From Leucoraja erinacea (taxonomy: Eukaryota), in NCBI RefSeq assembly GCF_028641065.1, contig NC_073393.1, positions 19,964,001 through 20,028,000 on the forward strand: 64,000 bases of DNA, written 5' to 3'. The notes below the pieces were generated by a model. That model had not been told where the DNA came from and searched no databases. It saw only the letters and a program-made list of their open reading frames with translations. Both the position numbers and the translations under genes were made by a program. Shown piece by piece: positions 36,330 through 49,400 of the stretch. Numbering within the stretch: the stretch's first letter is position 1; every line of letters begins with the position of its first letter.

Positions 36330-37241
36330 GTTAGTTGTGAGGAGGATGCTAAGAGGCTACACCATACCTTTGATCGGCTGGGTGAGTGCGCAAATGCATG
36401 GCAGATGCAGTATAATGTGGATAAATGTGAGGTTATTCACTTTGGTGGCGAAAACAGGAAAGCAGACTATTACCTGAATGGTGGTCGATTAGGAAAAGGG
36501 GAGATGCAACGAGACCTGGGTGTCATGGTACACCAGTCATTGAAAGGAGGCATGCAGGTGCAGCAGGCAGTGAAGAAAGCGAATGGTATGTAAGCATTCA
36601 TAGCAAAAGGATTTGAGTATAGGAGCAGGGAGGTTCTACTGCAGTTGGACAGGGTCTTGGTGAGACCACACTTGGAGTATTGCGTACAATTTTGGTCTCT
36701 TAATCTGAGGAAGGACATTCTTGGCATAGAGGGAGTACAGGGAAGGTTCACCAGACGGATTCCTGGGATGCCAAGACTTTCATATGAAGAAAGACTGGAT
36801 AGACTCGGCTTGTACTCGTGAGAATTTAGAAGATTGAGGGGGGGTCTTATAGAAAGTTGAAAAATTCTTAAAGGGTTGGACAGGCTAGATGCAGGAAGAT
36901 TGTACCCGATGTCGGGGAAGTCCAGAACAAGGGATCACAGTTTCAGGATAAAGGGGCAATCTTTTAGGACTGAGACGAGAAAAACATTTTTTACACAGAG
37001 TGGTGAATCTCTGGAATTCTCTGCCACAGAATGTAGTTGAGGCCAGTTCGTTGGCTATATGTAAGGAGGAGTTAGATGTGGTCCTTGTGGCTAAAGGGAT
37101 CAGGGGGTATGGAGAGAAAGCAGGTACAGGATACTGAGTTGGATGATCAGCCACGATCATATTGAATGTCGGTGCAGGCTCGAAGGGCCGAGTGGCCTAC
37201 TCCTGCATCTATTTTCTATGTTTCAATGTTTCTATGTTTCT
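36330..37241 (+). mobile_element. CR1 3' fragment
   Basis: MQYNVDKCEVIHFG..RDLGVMVHQSLK; TATGTTTC-type tail. Confidence 0.85.
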
Positions 37242-37696
37242 AATATACACTTAAATAAGCAGATAAAGTGCAATCGGCTGTTACAGTTCAGAGTCTGTTT
37301 GTTGGCGAGTTTCATAGCCTGATGGCTGTGGGGAAGTAGCTGTTCCCGATCCTCGATGTAACAGATTTGAGGCTCCTGTACCTTCTGCCCGGTGGTAGCG
37401 GAGAGATGAGTGCATGGCCAGGATGGTGTGGGTCCTTGATGATCATCCGCTTTACCTGAAATGCTCCTTGGAATAAACACATCTAAACCGATCTGTTTCA
37501 ACGTGTTATTTAGCCTCACTCAAAACACACTTCAGAAAATCCATCTTAACATTTTTTTATTAACCTTTTTCTGTCTCACCTCCATTTCAGACTAATGGGT
37601 CATAACCCCGATCTTGCCACTGGGCCATAACTGGATCATAACCCCCTATCCCCCCTTCTTTAACGTAGTTTGCCATGGGCTGACCTGCTGCCACAC

Positions 37697-37739
<43 letters not shown>

Positions 37740-38674
37740 TGCTCACTTCACGCCACCCCCCTCGTGCATAAATCCTCCCAAGTAACTGCAAGGACACCGC
37801 CTCTACCTCCCAGTTCAATTGCAACCCGTCCGTTTTAGATAGGTCCCATTTGTCCTGTAAGAATACCCAATGACCCATATATTTTATGCCCTCCCACCTA
37901 CACCAGGGCCCTAGCCACGTATTCACTTGGATTATTTTGCTATTCCTTTCGATACAGTTTTATAATCCTGACATAGCAATACAGGAGGTCTTGTTTCTTT
38001 CACCGAATACCGAACTCCCTAAATTCTCTTTGCAGCCCCTCGTGTCCCTTTCTACATATGGCATTGATGCTAATATGGACCACGAGATATGAGTTCTCAT
38101 CCTCCAGTCTCACAATATTCCGTGTTTGCCACGTGACATCCGTAACATCAGACAACAGAGTGAGGACAGAGCATTCTTGAGTATCTCTTGCTGCCAGTGA
38201 TACTATTGACTGGAGGCGACTGTCACTATTTCATTTGAACTAATTTAATAGTGACGTTCAGCAGATTTAGATAAACAAGTTGTTTTCATACTTGTTATTT
38301 CTTCTCTGAATCACAAATATTTGATCAGAAATACGCTGAATGAGTTAACATTGAGCCTTTCTCTGACTGGCGGAACTAATTTCAGACGTTCAAAGATAGC
38401 TCCCGTCTATCACGTATTCATCAGCTGCTGTCAGGGCCGGATTTAGATGAATAGAGGTCCTAGGCTGTTCCACTTGTGAGGCCCCTCCCAATCCCCCACC
38501 CCCACCACTAGAGGAAGATGGTCCACCAGATTGACAGCGACACCGATTTGCAGCCGAGCGTAGCCAATGAGATAAGGGGCTGGAAAGCTGCGTTATTTAA
38601 TTATTTAATTATTTATTGCCAGTGTCGGGTTATCGGCTTAAAGCACTATTATTCTGAAAAGGAGGGCAAGGAAA

Positions 38675-39490
38675 ATCTGGACTTTCAGAAGGCTTTCGCC
38701 AAGGTCCCACATAAGAGATTAGTATACAAACTTAAAGCACACGGTATTGGGGGTTCAGTATTTATGGATAGAGAACTGGCTGGCAGACATGAAGCAAAGA
38801 GTAGGAGTAAACGGATCCGTTTTGCGATGGCAGGCAGTGACTAGTGGGGTACCGCAAGGCTCAGTGCTGGGACCCCATATATTAATGATTTGGACAAGGG
38901 AATTGAGTGCAACATCTCCAAGTTTGGGGATGACACGAAGGGGGGATCTTATAGAAACTTACAAATTCTTAAGGGGTTGTACAGGCTAGCTGCAGGAAGA
39001 TTGTTTCCGATGTTGGGGAGTACTAAATCCATGAGTTTGGTGACCATGGAAAGACTGGATAGACTCGGCTTGTACTCGCTAGAATTTAGAAGATTGAGGG
39101 GGGATCTTATAGAAACTCACAAAATTCTTAAGGGGTTGGACAGGCTAGATGCAGGAAGATTGTTCCCGATGCTGGGGAAGTCCAGAACAATGGGTCACAG
39201 TTTAAGGATAAGGGGGAAATCTTTTAGGACCGAGATGGGAAAAACCTTTTTCACACAGGGAGTGGAGAATCTGTGGAATTAACTGCCACAGAAGGTAGTT
39301 GAGGCCAGTTAATTTGCTATATTGAAGAGGGAGTTAGATGTGGCCCTTGTGGATCAGAGGGTAGGGAGAGAAGGCAGGTACAGGATACTGAGTTGGATGA
39401 CCACCATGATCATATTGAATGGCGGTGCAGGCTCGAAGGGCCGAATGACCTACTCTTGCACCTATTTTCTATGTTCCTATGTTTCTATTA
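38675..39490 (+). mobile_element. Rearranged CR1 3' fragment
   Basis: LDFQKAFAKVPH, GVPQGSVLGP, LYSLEFRRLRGDLIET; internal duplication and deletions. Confidence 0.85.
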
Positions 39491-41907
39491 TTTCTTTCCA
39501 CTTCCAAACAAAAATGTGGTTGGATTATTCAGCGTATGATCAACCTCGGTGAGACCAAGCGCAGGCTTGGCGTGCGCTTCGCACAACACCTCCGCCCAGT
39601 TCGACGTTGAGAACAGTTAAAACTCACTTTGTTGCATCCAGTCATCATTACAATTTGAAGAATAGCCGTGCAGCCAATATGAGCTCGTAATCGAATTAGT
39701 TGTGAATCTTTCAACTAAATACCTCATAGCATTAACCACACGACGTTCGTCAACCTGGAACATGAATTTGAAGATAAATATAAACAACGCAGTTTTTGCT
39801 TTACATTTACTAACTATAATATAATCTTTCTGTTAATCTGTGAGCATGTGGCCCTTTTAACATCTTAAATATAAGCCTTCGTAAAATAAGGAAAAATGTA
39901 CTCGGGAGGTCCGCTTCCGTTCATGCAAGGTCTCGTAATTTGATTATATACAGCCGGTAATGAAGACCTGTTAGTTTAATCGTTTCAGACGGAGTATAGA
40001 CATAAGGACATTTGATTGAGTGAATGATTACGCTCTCTACATTATTTTACTATCGTGCTGTCTAATTATTGCTTGACCTGTTCCGGATTGAGCCACGCAT
40101 TTAGTTTCCATTCTTCAAAGTCCCTGCAAGTAAGCGCGTAATTGTTCTGTGATTGCACATGAAGGAGATCATTCTAGCAGATGCAGAGCCACATGATTGA
40201 CGCATTCTTTCCTTTCTGATCAGAAAATTCATTGTCGATTTCTTTCAACTCATTTCAACTTTAGACGTGTTTCCTCTGCGGATTTTGCATGCAGGTACAG
40301 CTTTTTTTTTTACAAAACATAGTTTCATTTTGTGTTCAAGAGTAGCTCACCCCAATTACTAGTATATTTTAGGTGACATTGAAAGCGAACCACATTAATG
40401 GGTTGGAATTACGTTGCCTCGATTGGGGCAAGGTTATCCTATAAAGGGCTTAATTGAGCCACACGAGATTTCAAGAACAACCTCGCAATTTAATTATCAT
40501 TATGACTAAATTCTTAATTTTAAACAAAATATAATTTCCATAGCGAAATTTGAACCTAGCCCTTACTAGATGATGAGCTGAATAAGAATGCGCCTTCACT
40601 TTACCTCCCGATTTGTTTTGTTTATTCTCTGATACCTTCAACACCGAGTCCGTGATTAAGTTCATTATCGAGAAGAAACACAGACATCTTCATCGCTAAA
40701 TAAGATCTTGCGCCTAAGGTGCACATCGTCAGTAGTAGTACGGTGAGAATCAATACAGGGTCCACCAGGGAAACGAGGAGGATAATAAATATGTTACTTC
40801 GCCTTATTGAAATAATTATACATTGTTGAATTCAGGGCTGTGGAGTCGGAGTGGGAGTCATCGAGTCGGAGTCGGAGCAATTTTGATGCGGCTGGAGTCG
40901 GAGTCGGTAACAAAGTTCCGATTCCGACCTCCACATAAATTTCAGAGACTACGTAAATTGGAAAAAAAGAATCCCACTTTTTAAACATGCCGCACACTTT
41001 ATTTCCACCCGAGAGAACGAGAAATCACATCGGTGCAGCCATCTGGCGGCAGAACGACCACAAACAAAACGTAAACAAACACCATCACCAGCTGATTTAT
41101 CTCCACCTGCTACTGAGTGAACATGTCTGGATAATTTCTGAATTCAAAAGGTAAATGTAGTCATTCATTTATGGGGAAATATATTATAAATGAATACAGA
41201 TTACGAATTTTCATGATTTACTGCAAAAGAAATCGTCAGTGATGATTAATTCCGCCTCAACAGCACTAAACACAGGGGGGGGGGGGGGGGGCGTCCCTTT
41301 GACCGCCCTAATCCATTAAAACAAGTTTCCTTAAATTATTTAATTATTACCTATGAATAGAGACTAGTAGTCACTCACTTTAGTAGAGTTAGTAAAGGTA
41401 AGTAAAGTGTGCTCGTTCTTCCGCCGGTATTTACTGTACTCTAACCTCGTATTTTGAGATGTATATAAGATGTTAATAATTCAATTTCAGGACTGAATAA
41501 ATCACTAATGTCATTAATTATTTTCTTTTTCAGGAAAAACATTTGAGTTAATTCAAAATTACCCAAGTTAGCAAGTTTGAAATCTAAAGCCCCTTTCACA
41601 ATGGCAAAGAAAACTCCAACAAGATTCTGCTTTTTTTGATTATTGTACAATAACTACAGATGAAAAACGGTTTGTGTGTCAGTGTATGATAGAGATGATG
41701 ATGATGATGATGATGATGATGAAAAATTGTGTGAAACAAAACTCATTGTTTGTCTTGCTTTTATAACAATTGTAAATGAGAAAGATACAAGAACCGATAA
41801 AAATCTTACATTAAATGTCAGCAAAAACAACTTGAATCCGAAACTTTTTGTTGCTCGTGTTGATAAAACACGAGAAGTTTGGTTTAATGATGTAATTTAT
41901 GTTGCCC

Positions 41908-42202
41908 ATTACTCTGGACCTATGGGGGAAAGCGACATCCGATGCTGCTCAGAAGACGCAGCTCAACAAAATGAACGTTACACGCCAATTTCCATTCCTC
42001 TTCGATCTTAATCAACCCAACGTAACGGTGCACTGGCAAAAAGACGGAAATAAGAACTTCCTGAGAAGAGATAGCAGAACATTACGGGTAGGGGGCGCAA
42101 CCGTTGTAGCTGAATGTGAACATGAACAATGTACTTCCACATTCCACAAACTTGCGGGTTAAACGGTTTTAAATGAAACCAGTCAAGAACCTATCATATA
42201 AT
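41908..42202 (+). pseudogene. Divergent relic V exon of the same receptor family
   Basis: GKATSDAAQKTQLNKMNVTRQFPFLFDLNQPNVTVHWQKDGNKNFLRRDSR aligns to the copy B/C V domain. Ends ATC ATA TAA T|gtgag versus ATC GTA TAT G|gtgag. B-strand Cys lost, deletions, two stops. Confidence 0.75.
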
Positions 42203-42404
42203 GTGAGGGGCGATTGAATTTCAAATGTGAAGCACACGGGTGTTGCTGAAGGATTAACATGGTTTTCATGCAAAAAGACGTCCATAAAAATGACTTTTTT
42301 AATGGATTGGAACCATATTTGATGAGAACAGACCCAGCATGTATGCGGGATTTCCAAAGTCTAATCGGTATATCTAAAGCGCAGCAGTGCAATAAGATTC
42401 AAGT

Positions 42405-42690
42405 GTGGCAAGGTGGCGTTGCGGTATAGTTGCTGCCTTACAACGCCAGAATCCCGGGTTCGATCCTGAATACGGGTGCTGTCTATACGGACTTTATACG
42501 TTCTCCCCGTAACCGCGTCAGTATCCTCCGAAATCTTCGGTTCCCTCCCACACTCCAAAGACGTACAAAATAAGGTTAATTGGCTTGGTATTAATGTAAA
42601 CTTGTCCCTAATATGTGTAGGGTGGTGTTATGGTGTGGTGGTCGCTAGTCGGTGCGGGCTCGGTGGGCCGAACGACCCGTTTCTCTTATT
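42405..42690 (+). mobile_element. tRNA-derived V-SINE (HE1-like)
   Basis: A box GGTGGCGTTGCGG, B box GGTTCGATCC, V-domain core CCTCCCACACTCCAAAGACGTAC, CR1-like 3' end. Confidence 0.8.
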
Positions 42691-42994
42691 TAAAATTCCG
42701 AATTATTAATCAGAATTTAACTTTCCTTGTCGGACTTCAATCTTCGCACAAGTTTGCGGGTCTCCATGTTACTATCCAGCGATTAAACATTGTGCCTCCA
42801 TCCTGACACAGATTACATCAAACGTGGCAAGGACTATACGACCGATGTTATTTGATTGGATCTTTATGAAGGATAATAAAATAAATACCTCGGAGACTAA
42901 TATATTTTGAATGTAAACAACATGCGTTAGCATGAATAGTCAATTTGTACATATTATTCACCTAACTGATATTTTTTTTAACTGTCCAACTATA

Positions 42995-43210
42995 GGTAGA
43001 CGCAAAACGCTGGAGTAACTCAGCGGGAGAGGCAGCATCTCTGGAGCGAAAGAATGGGTGACGTTTCGGGCCGAGACCCTTCTTCAGACTTTCTTCGACC
43101 CGAAACGTCACCCATTCCTTCGCTCCAGAGATGTTGCCTGCCCGCCTGAGTTACTCTAGCATGTTGTGTCTACTTTCGATTTAAACCAGCACCTGCAGTT
43201 TTTCCTGCAC
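42995..43210. mobile_element. Inverted Penelope-like terminal repeats containing a minimal hammerhead ribozyme motif
   Basis: Palindromic arms; minus strand 43056-43090 reads AGT CTGAAGA AGGGTCTCGGCCC GAAA C GTC ACCC. Confidence 0.7.
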
Positions 43211-43532
43211 GTTATGTTCAGCTATATATATATACGGCCTGCTCATAATACCTGTAATTCAGACATCTTAGTTAGAACGATGGAAATTACGAGGACGAAA
43301 TCGGTCTCAGTAATCGATTCAAATCTTCAAGATCGACTCATTCGATTTAGTGGGAAAATATTATCGCTGTTTCAACAGAATGCCATGGAGTCGCAGACTT
43401 CGTCGTTTGCTGTCCCGGCAGCGTTGACAAAATAGCACGATTTATCCAGTAGCTCTTTGGCATTGTCTTCGTATGTGGACTGCCAACAGGATTATGTCGA
43501 CTTCCAACAAGTTTAGGGCGACACAGACTATG

Positions 43533-43788
43533 CGCTGCCTCACAGCGCCAGGGACTTGATCTTGACGACGAGTGATGTCTGCATGTTCTGATTGTGATCG
43601 TTGGGTTTTCCCGGCTGTTCCGTTTTCGTCCCACATCCCAAAAGGCTTGCAGGTTTAAAGGTTAATTGACCTCTGTAAATTCTCCCTGGTGTGTAGAAGA
43701 GAAGCAATATACAGATGATCGTTGGTCGGCCGGACTCGGCGGCCCGAAGGTCTGTTTCCGCGCTTTATCTTAGCTAATCTAAACTAAG
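43533..43788 (+). mobile_element. Degenerate V-SINE
   Basis: gctgcctcacagcgccaggga head, cccacatcccaaa core, CR1-like tail. Confidence 0.65.
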
Positions 43789-45220
43789 ATCAGAGAGGTA
43801 AAATAATATAACGAGAACAGGTCGCCTGTGCGTAATGCAATAAATAACATTGAAGCAGAGAGCAAGATATTCTTCACATTGATAACAAGGAAGAGAGTAA
43901 CTAAATTAAACATTTTGCCGCAAAACGAATGTGTGTATTATATTATTCATGGGAGAAAAATGTGTCAAGGATTATAAATAATTGCTTAGTATCTGGTTTT
44001 CACGGTAGAGGAAACTGGGAACATCGAACAATAATAACTAAGTAGAAGCCATGGCGATAGAAGAACGTTCTCGGTGATTTAACTACGAACCTGTGAGGTG
44101 ACTGGAGATGTGTCGGGTTCTATTTTGTACTGAAATAAAAATCCATGGATGTTGAATAGATCTGGGAAAACTGTAAATGTCATGACAGTGTAAAGACAAG
44201 AGGGGCACGAATAGGAGGAAACTATTGGCAAGGTATTCTGTCAACTGCTGTTGGGAAAGTGTTCAAATCCATTACTGATTAAAGTGTAATCAGTTGATGA
44301 AACTATGTCTATCAAGAGTCCGTGGGTTTATGAAAAACACACATATTTTGATACATCTTCTAGCACCATTTCACGATGGAGGGAGCAATGTGAATAAAAG
44401 GGAACTGCGAATCTGGATATGGATATCCTGAAGCACTTTATAGTATTCCCTATAAAAGATATCTGATCAAGATAGGAACACGCGAACGTGTTATGGATAT
44501 AATTTATAAGGAAATGGATGCTATGGTGGTTAATTATCTGAAAAGGGCAATGGGATGAATGGATGATTGCTAGATTGACTAACAGTGAATGGCGGAATGC
44601 CACAGCATTCGCCACAGCAAGGTACTCAGGCATAACTAATTAAATCTACAGTTATGTCGTGATGGACTACATAAAACAAGAGGTGATCATATTGAAACAT
44701 ATAAATCCTCCGGGTTGTGGGCGGTCGGGTTGATTTCCGGAACGTACTTTTTAGTTAGGGTTTCTAGAACGAAATTTAAGGAAACCAAAGGGTGGAACAC
44801 ATGCTAAACAGAAAAGAGAAAGATTTGGGCGGGCGTTATTGAATGTATACAAGGCGAAATCTGAGCACATAAATGAGTTTTGAGGGTCGTTAAAGGGGAA
44901 AAGAACAGAAAAGCAGCGTTTGAAACAAAGATTGGTTCATTCATGGCCTATCAATTTCTCGAGGGAGCAATTTTCTTATTTGGCGAAAATCGAGAAATGA
45001 TCGATGTGCACACTGTTTGGTGCCCTCAAATAAAACAGCCTTCTATTTCCTGACTCCATTTCCGCTTTCAGGCACTCAGCCAAGCCCTATATTAAAAGCA
45101 ACACATTTCCCGGCCATGTCTTGGGGGTGACCGATGTGACGAGGAGTCAGTGTAGAAGATACTGTGACGATTATTAACCAGACTTTCATCTTTCACAGCC
45201 AGGCGTGCTTCGTCGTCGAT

Positions 45221-45275
45221 ATGTTTCTGAAAGTGTCACCTTGGACGATGTATTTCCTTGGAATTTTTAATGCGG
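45221..45275 (+). CDS. Copy C signal-peptide exon
   Basis: MFLKVSPWTMYFLGIFNA, donor GCGG|gtaaat. Confidence 0.7.
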
Positions 45276-46426
45276 GTAAATTAGGGCTTCTATTGTTTTT
45301 TTATTTATGGGTCTTTAAATTACGCAGATATGATAGTTGTACCTTATAATGTCATGCCGAATTGTCCATTATGTCTTTGCTGTTGTGTGAGTTCTGGAAA
45401 GGAGTGTAATTTACGAAACCTTTACGAGGACACAAAAAGCGGGCATAATAATTCGGTTCAATTCATTGTACGTTTTTGGGCTGAGTGCAATAAGATTTTT
45501 GCCTGCAGTGTTACATTTCCACTGCTGTATATCAATGACTAAACTGGATTGTGCACCATCTATTGACAGCTGCTGAGAACAGGTCGGGCAAGACGATATC
45601 GAATGTTGTTCAGAATACGGTGATCAGTGGCATAAATTTTACCTGTCGGTGTCCCTTCCCCTTCAATGTAAATCTGTCAAACCTGGAGGTTTTCTGGTGG
45701 AAAGATGGAAATAAAGGTTTCCTGAAAGAAGGTAGCAGGAAAGTCTTCACTATACGGACAGGAGGCGCCTACCTTCACCTGCTAAATGTCACGGTCTCGG
45801 ACGCCGGAACATACTATTGTCTTGCAAAACAAGCGGGCCGACCGGTTTGGAAGGAAACAAGAGAGCAACTGATCGTATATGGTGAGCGAACGGTACTTTA
45901 GTTGCAGCTCGAATTTCGGTTTGCTTCACAAAAGTCTTTAATCCAGAATACAAATGTGCAAAACGGTGGGACATTATTCTGGATTGATTCGTTTGAAAAT
46001 ATAGTTCAGAGGGCATGACAGGGATGATATTTGAGTTGATGTATATTGAAGGTAGTGAGTGGAAGATGAATAAATACAACGTTTCAATTGGACACTGAAT
46101 GCCGAGGCGGGGATCCTCCAGATGTTTTCCTAATGATGTTATCAACATATAATCCTGTGAATTGAAAGAGCGAGGTTTTTACTTCCACAAAATAATTGAA
46201 ATATAAATTATATTTCTTGCGCCGAATTAGAGAAACAATGAATGTTAGTGAAAGCATCAAAGCATTCTCTGTAAGCCAGTCAAAGTCTGCAACTGTTTAT
46301 GTGTCACAGTACTGTGCCTTTAAAGAGTTGAAACTTGAAAGTTGATTCGCGCATGTTAGCACAAGAAACAAGTGTGCAAATTAGTGCTTTTTTCTTAAAT
46401 TAAATGTCAAGGGAATGCATGTCAAG

Positions 46427-46484
<58 letters not shown>

Positions 46485-49400
46485 CAATCGCGATGAATTA
46501 CACCTTCATCTGGCTCCCGATTTAAAAATTAGGATGGAGTTAAGTAGCGTTGGAACAAATGCCATTGGATGATGTAATCGACTTTTCCCCTTTTCATTCT
46601 ATTCCTCTTTACCTAGCTGTCCCTTCTCCTCTGAAGATTGTATCCGTTCGATCTAGAAATACTGCGACTCATTTCCTGAAAATGCAGTGCAGAACGGCTG
46701 CCTTTTACCCGAAAGAATTTAATCTCACCTGGCATAGAAATGGTTCCGTCATCCAATCTGGATTTCGGCATGAACAAAGTTCAACGGCAGACGGATTGTA
46801 TGAAGTTATCAGCTTTTTAGAGGAGAAACGGGCAGTCAAAGAAGGAACCGTTTACACATGTAAAATTATTCACCGTTCTATGCTAACTCCAGCAACTGCC
46901 AACTACACGGTTCCTCATGAAGGTAAAGTGTTGCACGGATAGCAGGAAGTAGCCCCAGCGTAGTGGTCGATGTATTCGAGAACGAGTTCGGGGGTAACGC
47001 CAGCGGGTTCTATTTTGTACTGAAATAAAACTCCACTGCACAATGTAACAAACAAATTGGTAGCCAGTAGCTGTGACTGATGTGACTGTCCAGCTGCAAC
47101 TTTAACTTGGAGAAAGTGAGAGGAGTCAAAAGAGAAGTTGTTGAGGGTGACGACAAATTCCTCTAGGCACAGGAGATTGTTCATAGAGAAAAATATATTT
47201 GGTCTCGTTTCAAGGAAGAAACAGAGGCCATGAGATTGTCGTGCTCCTAACCACTCTACTCCTACTACAGATGTCAGACGTCATGGGGAGAAGGCAAGAG
47301 AATGGGGTTAGGAGGGCGAGATAGATCAGCCATGATTTAATGGTTCAGTGGACATGATCGGCCGAATTCCCATTTCTACTATTCCTTATGACCTTAATAC
47401 CGCTCCCCTGCCCGCCCATGCACAGCTCCTCCCAACCCCTCCTCTCTGAAGCCCTCTGTCTCCCACGCCCGCAGCCTGCTTCTGCACCTCTGCTCGTCCC
47501 TGCCTCCGGCCCTCACCTCTGTCGTGTTTTCACCACCCCCTGACCTCCTTTGCGATACAGAGCGGCCAGTCCTCGACAATAAATGCTACATCCTACACCC
47601 GTGCAGAACTCAAATTCCCACTTATTCCCACCCTGCCCTCAAATTTACCTGGACTATCTCTGATACCGCTCTATGCTTCCTTCCTCTCTCTCTCCATTCA
47701 CCCACCAGCCACCGCAATCCTAAACATCATCTTCGGACATTTCCGTCGCCCCCAACCTCATCCCATTATTAACCACATATGTACATTTCCATGCATTTCC
47801 GCTTTTTGCAGACTGTTCCTCCACACCTATGGTTCATTCATCCATTTAAACCCAGACCACCCCAGCCCGATGTACTTTTCTCTACAGCTGCAGGAGATGT
47901 AACACCTGTCCCTGTAGCTCCTTCCTCGCCTCTATGCACGAACTCCGACAGTCTCTCCAGGTTGGACAGTAGTTCACACGCACCTTCCCAGTAGCTAAAT
48001 ATTTTAATTGCCCTTTTCATTTCTACACTGACCTTTTTGTCCGAGGACCTGCCTTGCACAGAGTGGCGAAAGCAAATTCGACGAACAGCACCTCATATTT
48101 CACTTGTATAGAATACAAGCCAGCGGCATGAACGTTAAATTCACAAATTTTAGTAATGTTCATAAGCACTCACCTCCAGCGTCAGTAACATTAACATCTC
48201 CTTCGAGATTTGGTGAACAGAATATATCTAAATTAATGTATTATCGTCCACAATTTTCTGTTTAATAACCGTCAATATCCCACAAGGTTCACTTAAGATC
48301 TATTTATTTCACTCGTAATCGCGCCATATATTGAAATTGTTGGCTTTTGCCGCATTCCAGGCGGTTCTGGTGAAATCCAATGAGTGAACATTTGAAATAT
48401 CTTGATTTGTATTCCGCAAAGTCTACTTTGAAACAACTTAATAAAACATAAACATTTGTGTCATCGGTTTAACAGCTGTCGAGGGTTTATCTGCTCTAAT
48501 CGCTGGAAGTATCCGAGGTGCAGTATTCATTTTAATATTCATCGTTATCATCGTGATGGCACATATATATATAGGTATGTTTCTCAACCATTTTATAACA
48601 TTATCATCCCAGTATAATATTATAGTATTGGTAATTACACGATCTTGATAATAGAGAAAATGAAACATTTGCACGGGGAAAATTTATGATTATAGTATAA
48701 TAATTTATAGTAAACAGCACCGACTTAACGAAGATATTCAATTTTGCATGTGACTAATGTTTGATGATCACATATTTTGAATTCTATGTATTATTTCAAC
48801 ACATCATCACATAGCAGCCAGCATTTAATTGTACCTATTGGTCAAGATCTGAACATCTGTGAATTTTGTGATACAAATGTGTTTCATTGGTTGAAAGCTA
48901 GCGCAGAGCAACAGGCCTTCTAACCCATCGATTCCACGCCGGCCATCGATCATCCGTTCACACTAGCTCTACGTTAACCTACTTTCGCAGCCACTCAATA
49001 CACAGTGGCGGCAATTTACAGAGGTCAATTAACCCACAAATCCGCACATTCTTGGGATGTGGGAGTATACTGGAGCAAGGGATGAAACCCACGTGGTCAC
49101 AGGGAGAACGTGCCCCAAACTCCGCATTTACCTGCAACACCACTGTGTCGTCCAACATTTTGGAAAAAACGTGGCACAAACAACGTGGTTTAAGCCTTCA
49201 TTCATATGTAGTGAAGCCGTATATAGTGAAACTCTATCGTGCAATTATGACATGATATTACGTTTTTGGCGTGCAAAAAAAACCCACCATGTCGCACGGC
49301 CATTTATCACTATTTTATTTTTCCGACCAGGTGCAAAGAAGCGTACAGTAAATACAAATCGGACACAAAGTCGGGTAAGGCCAATTTAATATATGACTAT

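Noticed and set aside
40833-40935. GGAGTC tandem motifs after CAGGGCTG, a possible hAT terminus or CRISPR-like repeat
   Set aside because: No partner TIR or TSD found, and no repeat-spacer structure in this eukaryotic context.
42405-42480. tRNA gene
   Set aside because: The A and B boxes belong to a SINE head that continues into V-domain and LINE-derived sequence.
46427-46483. Long poly-G tract in the V-C1 intron as a G-quadruplex regulator
   Set aside because: Length varies widely between copies (6, ~22 and >50 G) and homopolymer lengths are unreliable in this assembly.
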